Shown: positions 28,956-40,364, numbered from the stretch's first letter. The stretch: 64,000 nucleotides of DNA from an uncultured Bacilli bacterium (GCA_934096735.1 CAKOMS010000001.1:29948-93947), one strand, 5' to 3'. A program made the numbers and translations. Notes: generated by a model not told the origin, from the sequence alone.

Positions 28956-30107
28956 GTGATTGTAATGAATTATTTGAGTGAAAATACTATTAGTAATAAA
29001 ACTGTTTTATTAAGATGTGATTTTAATGTACCAGTAAAAGACAATGTAATTGAAGATAATAGTAAAATAATTAAAAGCTTAGATACTATTAAATATTTGC
29101 TTGATAATAATAATAAAGTAATTATCTTTAGTCATTTTGGTAGAGTTAAAACAGATAGCGATAAAACAAATAATAGTTTAAGGATAGTTTTTGAAGAATT
29201 AAAAAAATATATTGATGTTTCGTTTATTGAAGATCCAAGTAATATTGTATTAGATGATTCTAAATGTTTTTTGGTAGAAAATACGAGATTTACTGATTTA
29301 CCAGAAGTTAGAGAGAGTAAAAATGATTTAGAATTAAGTAAATATTGGGCAAGTTTTGGAGATGTATTTGTTAATGATGCTTTTGCTTCTTTACATAGAG
29401 CACATTCTTCTACTGCAGGATTAAGTAAATTTTTACCAACTTATTTTGGTTTTTTAGTAGAAAGCGAACTTAAAAATTTAGATATATTAATAAATAATAC
29501 TCCAAGACCTTTTGTAGTTATTATGGGTGGAGCTAAAGTAGAAGATAAAATAGTATATATAGAAGGACTATGTAAGTATGTTGATAAGATTATTTTGACC
29601 GGAAGTATATTAAATGCTTTTTTGAAAGTAATGAATTATAATATTGGTAAGAGTGATATTGATATTGATGAAGTTACAGTAGAAAGAATTAAAAAAGTAT
29701 TAAGTGATTATAGTGATAAGATTTGTTTTGGAAGAAAGTTTGGGGTTTTAAATAATGATAAATATTCAATAAAAGATCTAGATTTAGTAAATGATATTGA
29801 TATTTTATATGATAATTATGTTTTTTATGATGCTCTAGATAATTGTAATATATTGTTTATGAATGGAACATGTGGATTTATGAAGGATGATAGATTTACT
29901 CATGGTACAAAAGAATTATTAGAATATATAAGTAATTTAAATTGCAAAAAAATTGCTGGTGGTGGCGATGCATTGTCTGCGATTAACCGATTTGGATTTA
30001 ATAATATATTTGATTATTTATCTAGTGGTGGTGGTGCAACTTTAGAATATGTGTCTAACCATAAATTGAATGCTTTAGAGTTTATTAAAGAGAATACTTC
30101 TAAATAA
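28956..30107 (+). CDS. pgk: Phosphoglycerate kinase
   Basis: RCDFNVP N-terminal motif; hinge and C-domain glycine loops (GGGDA...SSGGGATLE); start may be ATG 28965. Confidence 0.9.
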   Translation: MIVMNYLSENTISNKTVLLRCDFNVPVKDNVIEDNSKIIKSLDTIKYLLDNNNKVIIFSHFGRVKTDSDKTNNSLRIVFEELKKYIDVSFIEDPSNIVLDDSKCFLVENTRFTDLPEVRESKNDLELSKYWASFGDVFVNDAFASLHRAHSSTAGLSKFLPTYFGFLVESELKNLDILINNTPRPFVVIMGGAKVEDKIVYIEGLCKYVDKIILTGSILNAFLKVMNYNIGKSDIDIDEVTVERIKKVLSDYSDKICFGRKFGVLNNDKYSIKDLDLVNDIDILYDNYVFYDALDNCNILFMNGTCGFMKDDRFTHGTKELLEYISNLNCKKIAGGGDALSAINRFGFNNIFDYLSSGGGATLEYVSNHKLNALEFIKENTSK

Positions 30108-30126
30108 TTAGAGGTATTTTTAATTA

Positions 30127-30133
30127 TTCGACA
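30127..30133. promoter_or_regulatory. Spo0A-box (TTCGACA = reverse complement of TGTCGAA) upstream of spo0A
   Basis: Exact 7-mer in the spo0A upstream region next to a TTGACA hexamer (30138-30143). Confidence 0.35.
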
Positions 30134-30247
30134 TTTTTTGACAACAATTTACATACATAGACAATATATACTCTAGATATTTGTCAATTCGTGACTTATA
30201 ATGTATTTACAAGCAGTACAAAATTATTTAGAAAAAAGGAGAAAATC

Positions 30248-31003
30248 ATGAATAATTTAATCAGAGTTTTAGTTGCTGACAGTAATGAAAGTACAACTAA
30301 AGAAATTGAGAAGTTTTTTTGTAGTCATGAAGTAATCAAAGTTGTAGCTTGTAAAAATAATGGGGAGGAAACATTAGAATATATAATAAATCATGTTGAT
30401 TCATTTGATGTTATTGTAATGGATTTGTTACTTCCTAAAATGGATGGACTGTTCTTATTAGGAGAACTTAAGAGAAGAGGAATATTAAAGAAAGTTATTA
30501 TAACTACTGGTTTCTCTGATCAAAAAATGATTGATGAAGCTAATCTATATGGTGTTAATTACTATATGTTAAAACCAATAAATTACATGAGTTTAGAAAG
30601 AAGACTTTTAAGTATTGGAACTCAAAGAAATACTAGATCACTTGTGAATGTTGAATCTGCTTTAACGGATTTATTGCATTCATTGGGTATTCCTTCACAT
30701 ATAAGAGGATTCCAGTATGTAAGAGATGGTATATTGATAACTTATGCTAGAAAAAGTCCAATAAACTTTATAACGAAAGATATTTATCCCGAGTTATCTA
30801 GAAGATATAACACAACTCCCAGTAGGGTCGAAAGAGCGATAAGGCATGCTATTGAAGTAAGTTGGACTAGAGGAGATATAAAACTTATAGATGATGTATT
30901 TGGAAATAGTATAGATATAAATAGAGATAAACCTACTAATTCAGAATTTATTGCTACTATTGCAGATAGATTAAGAGTTAAAGCTAACGTTATATATAAT
31001 TAA
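30248..31003 (+). CDS. spo0A: Sporulation master regulator Spo0A (REC domain plus Spo0A_C DNA-binding domain)
   Basis: Signature SRVERAIRHAIEVSW and KPTNSEFIATIADRL in the C-domain; phospho-acceptor Asp in VIVMDLLLP; ATG 30248 after RBS aaggag (ORF track starts upstream at 30191). Confidence 0.92.
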   Translation: MNNLIRVLVADSNESTTKEIEKFFCSHEVIKVVACKNNGEETLEYIINHVDSFDVIVMDLLLPKMDGLFLLGELKRRGILKKVIITTGFSDQKMIDEANLYGVNYYMLKPINYMSLERRLLSIGTQRNTRSLVNVESALTDLLHSLGIPSHIRGFQYVRDGILITYARKSPINFITKDIYPELSRRYNTTPSRVERAIRHAIEVSWTRGDIKLIDDVFGNSIDINRDKPTNSEFIATIADRLRVKANVIYN

Positions 31004-31063
31004 AAAATTACATTCGTTGTAATTTTTTTTATATTGTGTTATATTTTATTTAAGGTGAATGAT

Positions 31064-32560
31064 ATGAAAAAAGTCTTAACTATTATTTTAGATGGGTTTG
31101 GTATTAGAGAGGAAGAACATGGTAATGCGATAAAAAGTGCAAATATGAATTTCTTTAATACGTTATGGAATGAATACCCTCATTCTTTATTAAAAGCAAG
31201 TGAAGAAGCAGTAGGATTACATGAAGGCCAATTTGGTAATAGCGAGTGTGGTCATGAGACCATTGGTGCTGGTAGACTTATTAAACAAAATGAAACTATA
31301 GTTGATGATTTGTTTGAATCTAATTTGTTAGAAAATGAATATTTTAATGAAATAATAAGTGATAAGACTAGAAGAATTCATATTATGGGACTTACTAGTG
31401 ATGGTTGTGTACATGCTGATATTAATGACATAATTAATATGTATAATAATTTAGTTAAAAACGGTTGTGAAAATATTTATTTTCATGTTATTACTGATGG
31501 TAGAGATACTTCGGTTCATTCTGCTTTAAGTTATATAAATAGAATTCAAGATAAAATAAAAGAAAATAAAGTTGGTAGTATTGCTACTATTTGTGGTAGA
31601 TATTATGCAATGGATAGGGATAATCATTGGGATAGAATACAAAAATATTATTATTTGGTTACTAAGGGAGAAGGAATTAGTACAACTTCTATAAATGATA
31701 CAATAAATAAAATGTATGAAAATGACATTACTGATGAATTTTTAAAGCCAATACTTGTTGATAAAAATGGTCTTATTAGAAATGGCGATATATTAATTTG
31801 GATGAATTATAGAGCAGATCGTGCTAAACAAATTATATCTACATTTGTAAATAGTGATTTTGATAAATTTAGAACTTATGATATGAGTAGTTTAAGTGTT
31901 TATAGTATGTTACCTATTGATGATGAAATTCCAACTAAAAATTTAGCAGAATATCAAAAAATTGATAATCCTCTAGGTATTTATTTATCTAAATTAGGTC
32001 TTACTCAAGCCAGAATAGCTGAGACCGAAAAATTTCCTCATGTTACTTATTTTTTTGATGGTGGTTATAAAGGAAAAATAACTAAATGTAACTTTTTTCA
32101 CATTCCATCTCCACAGGTTGCAACTTATGATTTAAAACCTGAAATGAGTGCTATTGGTATAACAAAAAAATGTATGGAATGTATGATTCAAGATTATGAT
32201 TTTATATTAGTTAATTTTGCTAATCCTGATATGGTTGGTCATACTGGTAATTATGATGCTACTGTTAATGCTTGTATAGCGGTTGATATATGTTTGAAGA
32301 AAATAATAGAAATTGCAGAAGAAAATTTTTATAAAGTTATTATTTTAGCAGATCATGGTAATGCGGATATCATGATAGATGATAATGGTGAACCCGTTAC
32401 TACACATACTTGTAGTAAAGTTCCTTTTATTATTACTGATAAAAGTGTTTCGTTAGAAAGTGAAGGTGATTTAACGATGGTGGCTCCTACTATTTTAGAG
32501 TACATGGATATTAGTGTACCAGATGAAATGAAGGATACGCCAATTTTGATAAAAAAATAA
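31064..32560 (+). CDS. gpmI: 2,3-bisphosphoglycerate-independent phosphoglycerate mutase
   Basis: MKKVLTIILDGFGIREE N-terminus; metal-binding motifs (ADHGNAD); ATG 31064 after RBS aaggtga. Confidence 0.93.
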   Translation: MKKVLTIILDGFGIREEEHGNAIKSANMNFFNTLWNEYPHSLLKASEEAVGLHEGQFGNSECGHETIGAGRLIKQNETIVDDLFESNLLENEYFNEIISDKTRRIHIMGLTSDGCVHADINDIINMYNNLVKNGCENIYFHVITDGRDTSVHSALSYINRIQDKIKENKVGSIATICGRYYAMDRDNHWDRIQKYYYLVTKGEGISTTSINDTINKMYENDITDEFLKPILVDKNGLIRNGDILIWMNYRADRAKQIISTFVNSDFDKFRTYDMSSLSVYSMLPIDDEIPTKNLAEYQKIDNPLGIYLSKLGLTQARIAETEKFPHVTYFFDGGYKGKITKCNFFHIPSPQVATYDLKPEMSAIGITKKCMECMIQDYDFILVNFANPDMVGHTGNYDATVNACIAVDICLKKIIEIAEENFYKVIILADHGNADIMIDDNGEPVTTHTCSKVPFIITDKSVSLESEGDLTMVAPTILEYMDISVPDEMKDTPILIKK

Positions 32561-32587
32561 TTTAATTTTAAGAAGGAGTGTATAAGT

Positions 32588-33883
32588 ATGGAAGAAGAAA
32601 TTAAAGTTAAAAAGAATTATGTATGGCCTTTGCTTTTAATAGCGATTGCTATAGTATTATTGGGGATGGTTGGTTTTTATTATTTTAAGAAAACTAATGA
32701 TCCAAAAGAAGTTTATATGAGTTTATTTGAAGATTTTAATGAATTTTATAATGAAATAATTGATAAAGGAATGAAAAATCTAAATAGTCCTAGAAAGGGT
32801 AATGCTAGTTTTGTTATAAATGTTACTGATAAAGGGAAAATGCTTAATGGGTATGATAAATTATTAAATAAACTTGATTTAAATGTTAATTATGAAATTG
32901 ATTATAAAAATAAAATGTTTAATTCTAATTATGTTGTTAATTATGATAAAGAGTTACTTGGTAATATTAGTTTAAGTGCAAATAAAGATATACTATATGG
33001 AAAAATAAATAATTCAAATGATAAAGCATATAAAATGTCAATTGATGAAAAAATTTGGAATGATGACTATATTAGGTCTTTAAATAATATTTATAATGAA
33101 TTATATAATAGTTTAGTTAGTAGTTTAGATGAATCATATTTTACTAAAGAGAAAGTTGTATTAAATGTTAATGGTAAAGATGAAAAGGTTAATAAATTAT
33201 CTTTAAATATAAACAAAGATAATAGTGCTAAATTACTTGGTAATATTAAAAGTTATTTAGGTAAGAGTGATACTTTTATTGAAGCAATTTCTTTTTATAG
33301 TGATATGTCTAAAGAAGAAGTTATAAAAGAAATTAATAATATAAATGTTGATGAAGAATTTGAATTAAAAGTTGATTTATATAAAAAAGATTATAGTGAT
33401 AATATTATAAAAATTGATATTCTTTCAAATGAATATAATATTGGTTTAGTATTAAATGACGAGGATGAATATGATATTTATAATGATAATAAAAAAATAG
33501 GTACTGTCAGTATATTAAAAGATTCAATTAAATATAGTATTCAATATGAAGATAATGATTATAAATTCAGTATTAATAGTGAAATAAAAGATGATTATGT
33601 ATTAATAAATTGTAGTGGAAATGTAAGTAATCAAAAGTTTACTTTTAGTATTAAATATGATAATGATAAACTTAATATTAGTGTTGATATGCCAAATGTT
33701 TTAATTATTGAAATTAATGGCACTCTTAAAGAAGAAGTAGCAAAAGAAATAAAACCTGTTACTTATAATAATGCAGTTCTTGTTGAATCACTTGATGAAA
33801 ACGAGATGCAAAATATGTTAAATGAGTTTACAAAAAATAAAGGCTATGAAAAATTAGTTAGTGATATTACTAATATGAATTAA
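32588..33883 (+). CDS. Hypothetical N-terminally membrane-anchored protein, Asn/Lys/Asp-rich extracytoplasmic domain
   Basis: One TM (LLLIAIAIVLLGMVGFYYF) then 400 aa of low-complexity N/K/D-rich sequence; no family recognised. Confidence 0.5.
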   Translation: MEEEIKVKKNYVWPLLLIAIAIVLLGMVGFYYFKKTNDPKEVYMSLFEDFNEFYNEIIDKGMKNLNSPRKGNASFVINVTDKGKMLNGYDKLLNKLDLNVNYEIDYKNKMFNSNYVVNYDKELLGNISLSANKDILYGKINNSNDKAYKMSIDEKIWNDDYIRSLNNIYNELYNSLVSSLDESYFTKEKVVLNVNGKDEKVNKLSLNINKDNSAKLLGNIKSYLGKSDTFIEAISFYSDMSKEEVIKEINNINVDEEFELKVDLYKKDYSDNIIKIDILSNEYNIGLVLNDEDEYDIYNDNKKIGTVSILKDSIKYSIQYEDNDYKFSINSEIKDDYVLINCSGNVSNQKFTFSIKYDNDKLNISVDMPNVLIIEINGTLKEEVAKEIKPVTYNNAVLVESLDENEMQNMLNEFTKNKGYEKLVSDITNMN

Positions 33884-33886
33884 AAA

Positions 33887-33918
33887 TAACTTGGAAAATG
33901 TACCAAGTTATTTTTTTG
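33887..33918 (+). terminator. Rho-independent terminator (aacttgg/ccaagtt stem plus T7)
   Basis: Hairpin plus T-run after the 32588-33883 gene. Confidence 0.65.
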
Positions 33919-33948
33919 AGTTAAGCATAAAAAATAAGAAAAATAGGC

Positions 33949-33978
33949 TTGCTTTTCATATAATTATTGTGGTATAAT
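33949..33978 (+). promoter_or_regulatory. S10-operon promoter (TTGCTT-18-TGgTATAAT extended -10) followed by a structured, relatively GC-rich S10 leader (33985-34113)
   Basis: Hexamers and TGn motif; the leader precedes rpsJ as in L4-autoregulated S10 operons. Confidence 0.6.
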
Positions 33979-34113
33979 CATATTCGTATGACTGCGATGA
34001 TACGCGAGGTTGCTGATACACTAGGTTAAGTTGGTAAATATTAATCTGGTTAACTCAGGGAATTCGAGTGGAGCAAGTCTATACTAGATATAGACGAAAG
34101 GAGGACATGGATA

Positions 34114-34422
34114 ATGTCAAATAGTAAGGTTAGAATCAATTTGAAGGCTTATGATCATAGATTACTTGATGTAGCTGCTGCTAAAATTGTGGAAACTGTA
34201 AAAAGAACTGGTGGAGAAGTTTCTGGACCGGTACCTCTTCCAACTGAGATTGAGAAGTTTACTGTTTTAAGAGCTGTCCATAAATATAAGGATTCTCGTG
34301 AACAATTTGAAAGAAGAACTCATAAGAGACTTATTGATATTAAAAATCCTAGTAAGGAAACAATTGATGCTTTAACTCATTTAGATTTACCAAGTGGTGT
34401 TGACATCGACATTAAATTATAA
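34114..34422 (+). CDS. rpsJ: 30S ribosomal protein S10
   Basis: Conserved sequence; RBS aaaggagg. Confidence 0.97.
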   Translation: MSNSKVRINLKAYDHRLLDVAAAKIVETVKRTGGEVSGPVPLPTEIEKFTVLRAVHKYKDSREQFERRTHKRLIDIKNPSKETIDALTHLDLPSGVDIDIKL

Positions 34423-34442
34423 TAAAAGGAAGGAAAATTAAA

Positions 34443-35204
34443 ATGAAAGGAATCTTAGGACGCAAAGTTGGAATGACTCAAGTGTTTACTAAAGAAGGTA
34501 AATTAATTCCAGTTACAGTTGTAAGTTGTGAACCAAATGTTGTTATGCAAGTTAAAACTGTCGCTACTGATGGATATGATGCAATTCAATTAGGCGTATT
34601 TGAAAAGAAACAAAATCGTGCTAATAAAGCAGAAACTGCTAGAGCACAAAAAGCTAATACTACTCCTAAGCGCTTCTTAAAAGAAATTAGAAATGCTGAA
34701 GGTACTTATAATGTAGGTGATGTAGTAGATGCTTCAGTATTTGAAGTTGGTGACGTTATTGATGTTACTGGTACTTCAAAAGGTAAAGGAATGCAAGGTG
34801 TTATTAAAAGACACAATCAATCTAGAGGACCAATGGGACATGGATCACATTATCATAGAAAACCAGGTTCTATGGGTACAATGCTTCCAAAAAGAGTATT
34901 AAAAGGTAAAAAATTACCAGGACATATGGGTGTTGATACTGTAACTATTCAAAATCTTGAAATAATTGAAGTTAATACAGTTGATAACTATATTCTTGTA
35001 AGTGGCAATATTCCAGGTGCAAAAAATTCTTTAGTATTTATAAAGAGTGCTATTAAAAATTCTCGTAAGAAAGATCCAAAAGATATTATCTCTTATGAAG
35101 AAGAAGTGGTAGAAACTGTTGTTGATGAAGTAGTTGAAGAAACTATAGATACAGAAAATGCAGAAGTTGTTAATACTGAAGAAACTCCGGAAGAAAGCAA
35201 ATAG
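34443..35204 (+). CDS. rplC: 50S ribosomal protein L3
   Basis: Conserved sequence, S10 operon order. Confidence 0.97.
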   Translation: MKGILGRKVGMTQVFTKEGKLIPVTVVSCEPNVVMQVKTVATDGYDAIQLGVFEKKQNRANKAETARAQKANTTPKRFLKEIRNAEGTYNVGDVVDASVFEVGDVIDVTGTSKGKGMQGVIKRHNQSRGPMGHGSHYHRKPGSMGTMLPKRVLKGKKLPGHMGVDTVTIQNLEIIEVNTVDNYILVSGNIPGAKNSLVFIKSAIKNSRKKDPKDIISYEEEVVETVVDEVVEETIDTENAEVVNTEETPEESK

Positions 35205-35223
35205 GCTTTAGAAAGGAAATAAT

Positions 35224-35847
35224 ATGACAAAGATAAGTGTTAAAAATATTAAAGGTGAAAATGTTAAAGATATTAACCTTAATGATAATGTATGGAATAT
35301 TGAAGTAAATGATGATGCTTTAAAGAAAATGATTCGTTTACAATTAGATAGTATGAGACAAGGTACTAGAAAAACTAAGACTAGAAGTGAAGTTTCTGGT
35401 GGAGGAAGAAAACCTTGGAAACAAAAGGGAACTGGTCGTGCTCGTCAAGGTAGTATTCGTGCTACTCAATGGAGAGGTGGCGGAATAGCGTTTGGAGTTA
35501 ATCCAAGAGATTATTCATTTAAAATTAATCGTAAAGAAAGAGTTCTTGCTTTAAAAACAGCTCTTACATATAAGAATATTAATAAAGAATTAGTTGTTTT
35601 AGATAATATTAATTTAGATACTTTAAAGACTAAAGAAATTATTAATATATTAGAAACATTAAAATTAAATGGTAAAGTATTATTTGTAGTTAATGAAGAA
35701 AATGAAAATTTATATTTAGCTACAAGAAACTTAGGAAATGTATTAGTTTTATTAAATGATGAAATTAATGCTTATGATTTAACTAATGCTGATGTACTAG
35801 TTTGTACAGAAGATGCAGTTAATAGTATTGAGGAGGTGCTTAAATAA
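35224..35847 (+). CDS. rplD: 50S ribosomal protein L4
   Basis: Conserved sequence. Confidence 0.97.
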   Translation: MTKISVKNIKGENVKDINLNDNVWNIEVNDDALKKMIRLQLDSMRQGTRKTKTRSEVSGGGRKPWKQKGTGRARQGSIRATQWRGGGIAFGVNPRDYSFKINRKERVLALKTALTYKNINKELVVLDNINLDTLKTKEIINILETLKLNGKVLFVVNEENENLYLATRNLGNVLVLLNDEINAYDLTNADVLVCTEDAVNSIEEVLK

Positions 35848-36122
35848 TGAAACATTATAGTGATATTATAATAGCACCAGTTATTACTGAAAAATCAATG
35901 CTTGAAAGACAAAATAATGTTTATACATTTAAAGTAGTTAAAAGCGCTACTAAGTTAGATATTAAAAAAGCAATTGAAGATGCTTTTAAGGTTAGTGTTA
36001 AAAATGTTAATACATTGAATACTAAATCAAAAAGAAAAAGAGTTGGAAAATATGCTGGTAAAACAAAAACTTACAAAAAAGCTATTGTTACACTTGCAGA
36101 AGGTTCAACTATAGATTTATAG
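35847..36122 (+). CDS. rplW: 50S ribosomal protein L23
   Basis: Conserved sequence. Confidence 0.95.
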   Translation: MKHYSDIIIAPVITEKSMLERQNNVYTFKVVKSATKLDIKKAIEDAFKVSVKNVNTLNTKSKRKRVGKYAGKTKTYKKAIVTLAEGSTIDL

Positions 36123-36135
36123 GAGGGATTATTAA

Positions 36136-36969
36136 ATGGCAATAAAACATTATAAACCTACAACTAATGGTCGTAGAGGTATGAGTACTTTAGCTAATGA
36201 AGAAATTACAATTAAGAATAACCCTACTAAATCATTAATTAAAAAGGTAAGTAAAACTGGTGGAAGAAATAATCAAGGTAAAATGACTGTTCGCCATATT
36301 GGTGGTGGAGCTACTAAAAAATATCGTGTTATTGATTTCAAAAGAAATAAAATTGGAGTTACTGGTCGTGTTGCTACTATTGAATACGATCCAAATAGAA
36401 ATGCAAATATAGCATTAATTAACTATCGTGATGGAGAAAAAAAATATATTATTGCTCCTAATGGTTTAAAAGTAAATATGATTGTTGAAAATGGAGAAGG
36501 CGCTGATATTAAAGTTGGTAATGCACTTCCATTACAAAGTATACCTGTTGGTACAATGGTTCACTGTGTTGAATTAAAACCTGGTAAAGGTGCTGAGTTA
36601 TGTCGTGCTGCTGGTACTAGTGCACAAATTCTTGGTAGAGATGGTAAATATGTAATAGTTCGTTTACAATCTGGAGAAACAAGAAAGGTATTAGGAACAT
36701 GTATTGCAACAATTGGTGTTGTTGGTAATGAAGATGTTAATTTAGTTAATTTAGGTAAAGCTGGTCGTAAAAGACACATGGGAATTAGACCTACTAATAG
36801 AGGTTCAGTAATGAATCCAAATGATCACCCACATGGTGGTGGTGAAGGTCGTGCACCTATTGGTCGTAAGAGTCCTATGACTCCATGGGGTAAACCAGCA
36901 CTTGGACATAAAACTCGTAAATCTAAGAAAGCTTCTGAAAAGCTTATCGTTAGTAGAAAGACTAAATAG
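36136..36969 (+). CDS. rplB: 50S ribosomal protein L2
   Basis: Conserved sequence. Confidence 0.97.
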   Translation: MAIKHYKPTTNGRRGMSTLANEEITIKNNPTKSLIKKVSKTGGRNNQGKMTVRHIGGGATKKYRVIDFKRNKIGVTGRVATIEYDPNRNANIALINYRDGEKKYIIAPNGLKVNMIVENGEGADIKVGNALPLQSIPVGTMVHCVELKPGKGAELCRAAGTSAQILGRDGKYVIVRLQSGETRKVLGTCIATIGVVGNEDVNLVNLGKAGRKRHMGIRPTNRGSVMNPNDHPHGGGEGRAPIGRKSPMTPWGKPALGHKTRKSKKASEKLIVSRKTK

Positions 36970-36983
36970 GAGGATAAGATAAT

Positions 36984-37247
36984 ATGGCAAGAAGTTTAAA
37001 AAAAGGACCTTATATTGAAAAATCACTTTTAAAAAAGGTTCAAAATTTAAATAAAGAAAATAAAAAGACAGTTATTAAAACTTGGTCAAGAAGAAGTACT
37101 ATATTTCCTGAATTTGTAGGACATACAATTGCAGTGCATAATGGTAAAGATTTTATTCCTGTTTATATAACTGAAGAAATGGTTGGACATAAACTTGGAG
37201 AATTTGCATTAACTCGTAAGTTTACTGGACATGCTGGTCAAAAGTAG
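36984..37247 (+). CDS. rpsS: 30S ribosomal protein S19
   Basis: Conserved sequence. Confidence 0.97.
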   Translation: MARSLKKGPYIEKSLLKKVQNLNKENKKTVIKTWSRRSTIFPEFVGHTIAVHNGKDFIPVYITEEMVGHKLGEFALTRKFTGHAGQK

Positions 37248-37256
37248 GAGGTAAAA

Positions 37257-37613
37257 ATGGAAGCTTATGCAATACATAAAGGTGCTATTATAAAACCACG
37301 TCTTGCAAGAATGACTATGGATTTAATTAGAGGTAAAGACGTAAATAGTGCTAGAAGAATACTTGAAACTACAAATACAAAAGCAAGTAGATTAATACTT
37401 AAAGTTTTAAATTCTGCTGTTGCTAATGCAGTTAACAACAATGGTGCTAAAGAAGATGAATTAGTTATTAAAGAATGTTTTGTTAATCCAGGAACTATCT
37501 TAAAGAGAATTCAATTTGCTAGTCGTGGTAATGTTGATAGACATGATAAAAGAACTAGTCATATAAAAGTTGTTGTTACTGATAATAAAACTATGGAAGG
37601 AGAAGAAGCATAA
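37257..37613 (+). CDS. rplV: 50S ribosomal protein L22
   Basis: Conserved sequence. Confidence 0.95.
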   Translation: MEAYAIHKGAIIKPRLARMTMDLIRGKDVNSARRILETTNTKASRLILKVLNSAVANAVNNNGAKEDELVIKECFVNPGTILKRIQFASRGNVDRHDKRTSHIKVVVTDNKTMEGEEA

Positions 37614-38293
37614 TGGGACAAAAAGTAAATCCTGTTGGATATCGTTTAGGTGTAAATAAAGACTGGGATTCTCGTTGGTATGCAAAGAAAGATTATGCAA
37701 TTAATTTGAATAACGATATTAGAATTCGTGAATATATTTTAAAAAATTTAAAAGATGCTGCTATTTCTTCTGTAATTATTGAAAGAAAGAAAAATAGATG
37801 TGATGTTACAATTAGAACTGCTAAACCTGGTGTTATAATCGGTCGTGGTGGTGAAGACATTGAAAAACTAAGAAAAAAAGTTTCAAAACTTGTTAATGAA
37901 GAAGTATTTATTAACATAGTTGAAGAAAAAAATCCTAGTTTAAATGCTAAATTGGTTGCTGATAATATTGCAATGCAAATTGAAAATAGAGCTCCATTTA
38001 GAGCTGCTCAAAAAAGAGCTATCAGAGATACAATGAAAGCTGGTGCTAAAGGAATTAAAACTTTAGTTTCAGGAAGACTTAATGGTGTAGAAATGGCTAG
38101 AAGTGAAGGTTATACTGAAGGAACAGTTCCTCTACATACAATTCGTGCTGATATTGATTATGCGCAAAGTGAAGCAAATACTACATATGGAAAAATTGGT
38201 GTAAAAGTTTGGATTTATAAAGACGAAATTTTACCAGCTAAGAAGTTTGTAAAAAAGGAGGCGACTAAACATGTTGATGCCAAAAAAGACTAA
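37613..38293 (+). CDS. rpsC: 30S ribosomal protein S3
   Basis: Conserved sequence (KH domain). Confidence 0.97.
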   Translation: MGQKVNPVGYRLGVNKDWDSRWYAKKDYAINLNNDIRIREYILKNLKDAAISSVIIERKKNRCDVTIRTAKPGVIIGRGGEDIEKLRKKVSKLVNEEVFINIVEEKNPSLNAKLVADNIAMQIENRAPFRAAQKRAIRDTMKAGAKGIKTLVSGRLNGVEMARSEGYTEGTVPLHTIRADIDYAQSEANTTYGKIGVKVWIYKDEILPAKKFVKKEATKHVDAKKD

Positions 38294-38684
38294 GTATAGA
38301 AAGTCTCATAGATTAACATATGATGGTCGTGCTAGAGGTAATACTGAGCTTACTAAAGGAACTTATGGTTTAAAGGCTATGGAAGGTGCTTGGATAAGTG
38401 CTAGACAAATCGAAGCTGCTCGTATTGCTATGACTCGTTATATGAAAAGAGGAGGAAAAGTATTTATTAATATTTTCCCACACTTACCTATAACTAAAAA
38501 ACCATTGGAAACTCGTCAAGGTAAAGGAAAAGGATCTGTTGATCAATGGGTTGCAGTAGTTAAAGAAGGTAAAATTATGTTTGAAATAAGTGAAGTTGAT
38601 GAAAGCATTGCTAGAGAAGCATTAAGACTTGCATCACATAAACTTCCTGTCAAATGTAAATTTGTTAAAAAGGATGGTGAATAA
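38271..38684 (+). CDS. rplP: 50S ribosomal protein L16
   Basis: [12 protein letters not shown]-terminus. Confidence 0.97.
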   Translation: MLMPKKTKYRKSHRLTYDGRARGNTELTKGTYGLKAMEGAWISARQIEAARIAMTRYMKRGGKVFINIFPHLPITKKPLETRQGKGKGSVDQWVAVVKEGKIMFEISEVDESIAREALRLASHKLPVKCKFVKKDGE

Positions 38685-38686
38685 CA

Positions 38687-38890
38687 GTGGATATTAAAGA
38701 AATTAGAAAAATGTCTAATGAAGATTTGAAAAAAGAAATTATTAAGACTAAAGAAGAATTATTCACAAAAAGAATGCAACAAGCAAATGGTACTTTAGAA
38801 AAACCAACTGAATTAAAAACATTAAGAAAGAATGTTGCAAAAATGAAAACTATCTTAAGAGAAAGAGAATTAGACGGAGGTAATAATTAA
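38687..38890 (+). CDS. rpmC: 50S ribosomal protein L29 (GTG start)
   Basis: Conserved sequence. Confidence 0.9.
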   Translation: MDIKEIRKMSNEDLKKEIIKTKEELFTKRMQQANGTLEKPTELKTLRKNVAKMKTILRERELDGGNN

Positions 38891-39147
38891 TGACTAAAAG
38901 AGTACAAGAATTAACTGGTAAAGTTGTAAGTGATTCATGTGATAAGACAATTACTGTTTTAGTTGAAACTTACAAACGTCATCCATTATACAATAAACGT
39001 GTAAAATATTCTAAAAAATATGCTGCACATGATGAAAATAATGAAGCAAAAGTAGGAGATACAGTTAGAATAAGAATGACTAAACCTATTTCTAAATCTA
39101 AGAAATATGAATTAGTTGAAATTCTTGAAAAAGCTGTAATTCTTTAG
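38890..39147 (+). CDS. rpsQ: 30S ribosomal protein S17
   Basis: Conserved sequence. Confidence 0.95.
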   Translation: MTKRVQELTGKVVSDSCDKTITVLVETYKRHPLYNKRVKYSKKYAAHDENNEAKVGDTVRIRMTKPISKSKKYELVEILEKAVIL

Positions 39148-39158
39148 GAGGTATAACT

Positions 39159-39527
39159 ATGGTAATGCAAGAATCTAGATTAAAAGTTGCTGATAATACT
39201 GGAGCTAGAGAAATTTTAGTTATTAAAGTTTTAGGCGGAAGCAAAGTTAAATCAGGAAATATTGGTGATGTTGTAGTTGGAACAGTTAAAAAGGCTATTC
39301 CAAATAGTAATATACCCAAAGGAAAAGTTATTAAGGCTGTTATTGTAAGAACTCGTGAAGGAGTTAGAAGAAATGATGGCTCTTATATTAAATTTGATGA
39401 TAATGCTTGTGTACTTATTAAGGATGATAAGAGTCCAATTGGTACAAGAGTATTAGGTCCAGTTGCTAGAGAATTAAGAGAAAAAGATTATATGAAAATT
39501 GTTTCTTTAGCTCCTGAGGTTTTATAG
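39159..39527 (+). CDS. rplN: 50S ribosomal protein L14
   Basis: [13 protein letters not shown] motif. Confidence 0.97.
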   Translation: MVMQESRLKVADNTGAREILVIKVLGGSKVKSGNIGDVVVGTVKKAIPNSNIPKGKVIKAVIVRTREGVRRNDGSYIKFDDNACVLIKDDKSPIGTRVLGPVARELREKDYMKIVSLAPEVL

Positions 39528-39535
39528 GAGGAAAT

Positions 39536-39808
39536 ATGAAAGTTAAAGTTAATGACAATGTAAAAGTTTTAGCTGGTAAAGATAAAGGTAAAACTGGTAA
39601 AGTTTTAAAAACTTTAAAAAATGAAAATAAAGTTGTTGTTGAAGGTGTTAATATTTCTAAAAGACATGTAAAACCTAGAACAAACAATGATAAGGGTGGT
39701 ATTTATGAAATTGAAATGCCTATCCATGTATCTAATGTAAAAGTTGTTGATGAAAAAGATACAAAAAAAGTAGATGCTAAAAAATCTGCTAAGAAAGCTA
39801 GTAAGTAG
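39536..39808 (+). CDS. rplX: 50S ribosomal protein L24
   Basis: KOW motif GKDKGKTGKV. Confidence 0.95.
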   Translation: MKVKVNDNVKVLAGKDKGKTGKVLKTLKNENKVVVEGVNISKRHVKPRTNNDKGGIYEIEMPIHVSNVKVVDEKDTKKVDAKKSAKKASK

Positions 39809-39815
39809 GTGAAAT

Positions 39816-40355
39816 ATGAGTACATTTAAAGAATTATATGAAACAAAAATTAAAAATGAATTAAAAGATAAATTTAATTATTCTAGTATTATGGAAGTTC
39901 CTAAATTAGAAAAGATTGTTATTAATATGGGCGTTGGAGAAGGATGTCATGATGAAAAGTTTATTGATGCTGCTCAAAAAGATCTTGAATTAATAGCAGG
40001 GCAAAAGGCAGTAGTAACTAAGGCTCGTAAATCTATAGCTAGTTTTAAATTAAGAGAAGGTCAACCTGTTGGTGTTAAAGTTACATTAAGAGGTGAAAAC
40101 ATGTATAATTTTATGGAAAAATTAATTAAAATTTCATTACCAAGAGTAAGGGATTTCCGTGGAGTTAGTGATAAAGCATTTGATGGAAAAGGAAATTATA
40201 CTTTAGGTATTAAAGAACAATTAATATTCCCTGAAATTGAATATGATAATGTTTATAAAATTCGTGGAATGGATATTATTTTCGTTACTACAGCAAAAAG
40301 TAATGATGAAGCTCATGCATTACTAAAGGCATTTGGAATGCCATTTAAAGGTTAG
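39816..40355 (+). CDS. rplE: 50S ribosomal protein L5
   Basis: Conserved sequence. Confidence 0.97.
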   Translation: MSTFKELYETKIKNELKDKFNYSSIMEVPKLEKIVINMGVGEGCHDEKFIDAAQKDLELIAGQKAVVTKARKSIASFKLREGQPVGVKVTLRGENMYNFMEKLIKISLPRVRDFRGVSDKAFDGKGNYTLGIKEQLIFPEIEYDNVYKIRGMDIIFVTTAKSNDEAHALLKAFGMPFKG

Positions 40356-40364
40356 GTGTTAATT

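Noticed and set aside
30138-30208. Attempt to assign precise sigma-A/sigma-H promoters upstream of spo0A
   Set aside because: Several partial hexamers (TTGACA 30138, TATAAT 30203) occur but with non-canonical spacing; no GAAT-type sigma-H -10 was seen. Only the Spo0A-box is reported, at low confidence.
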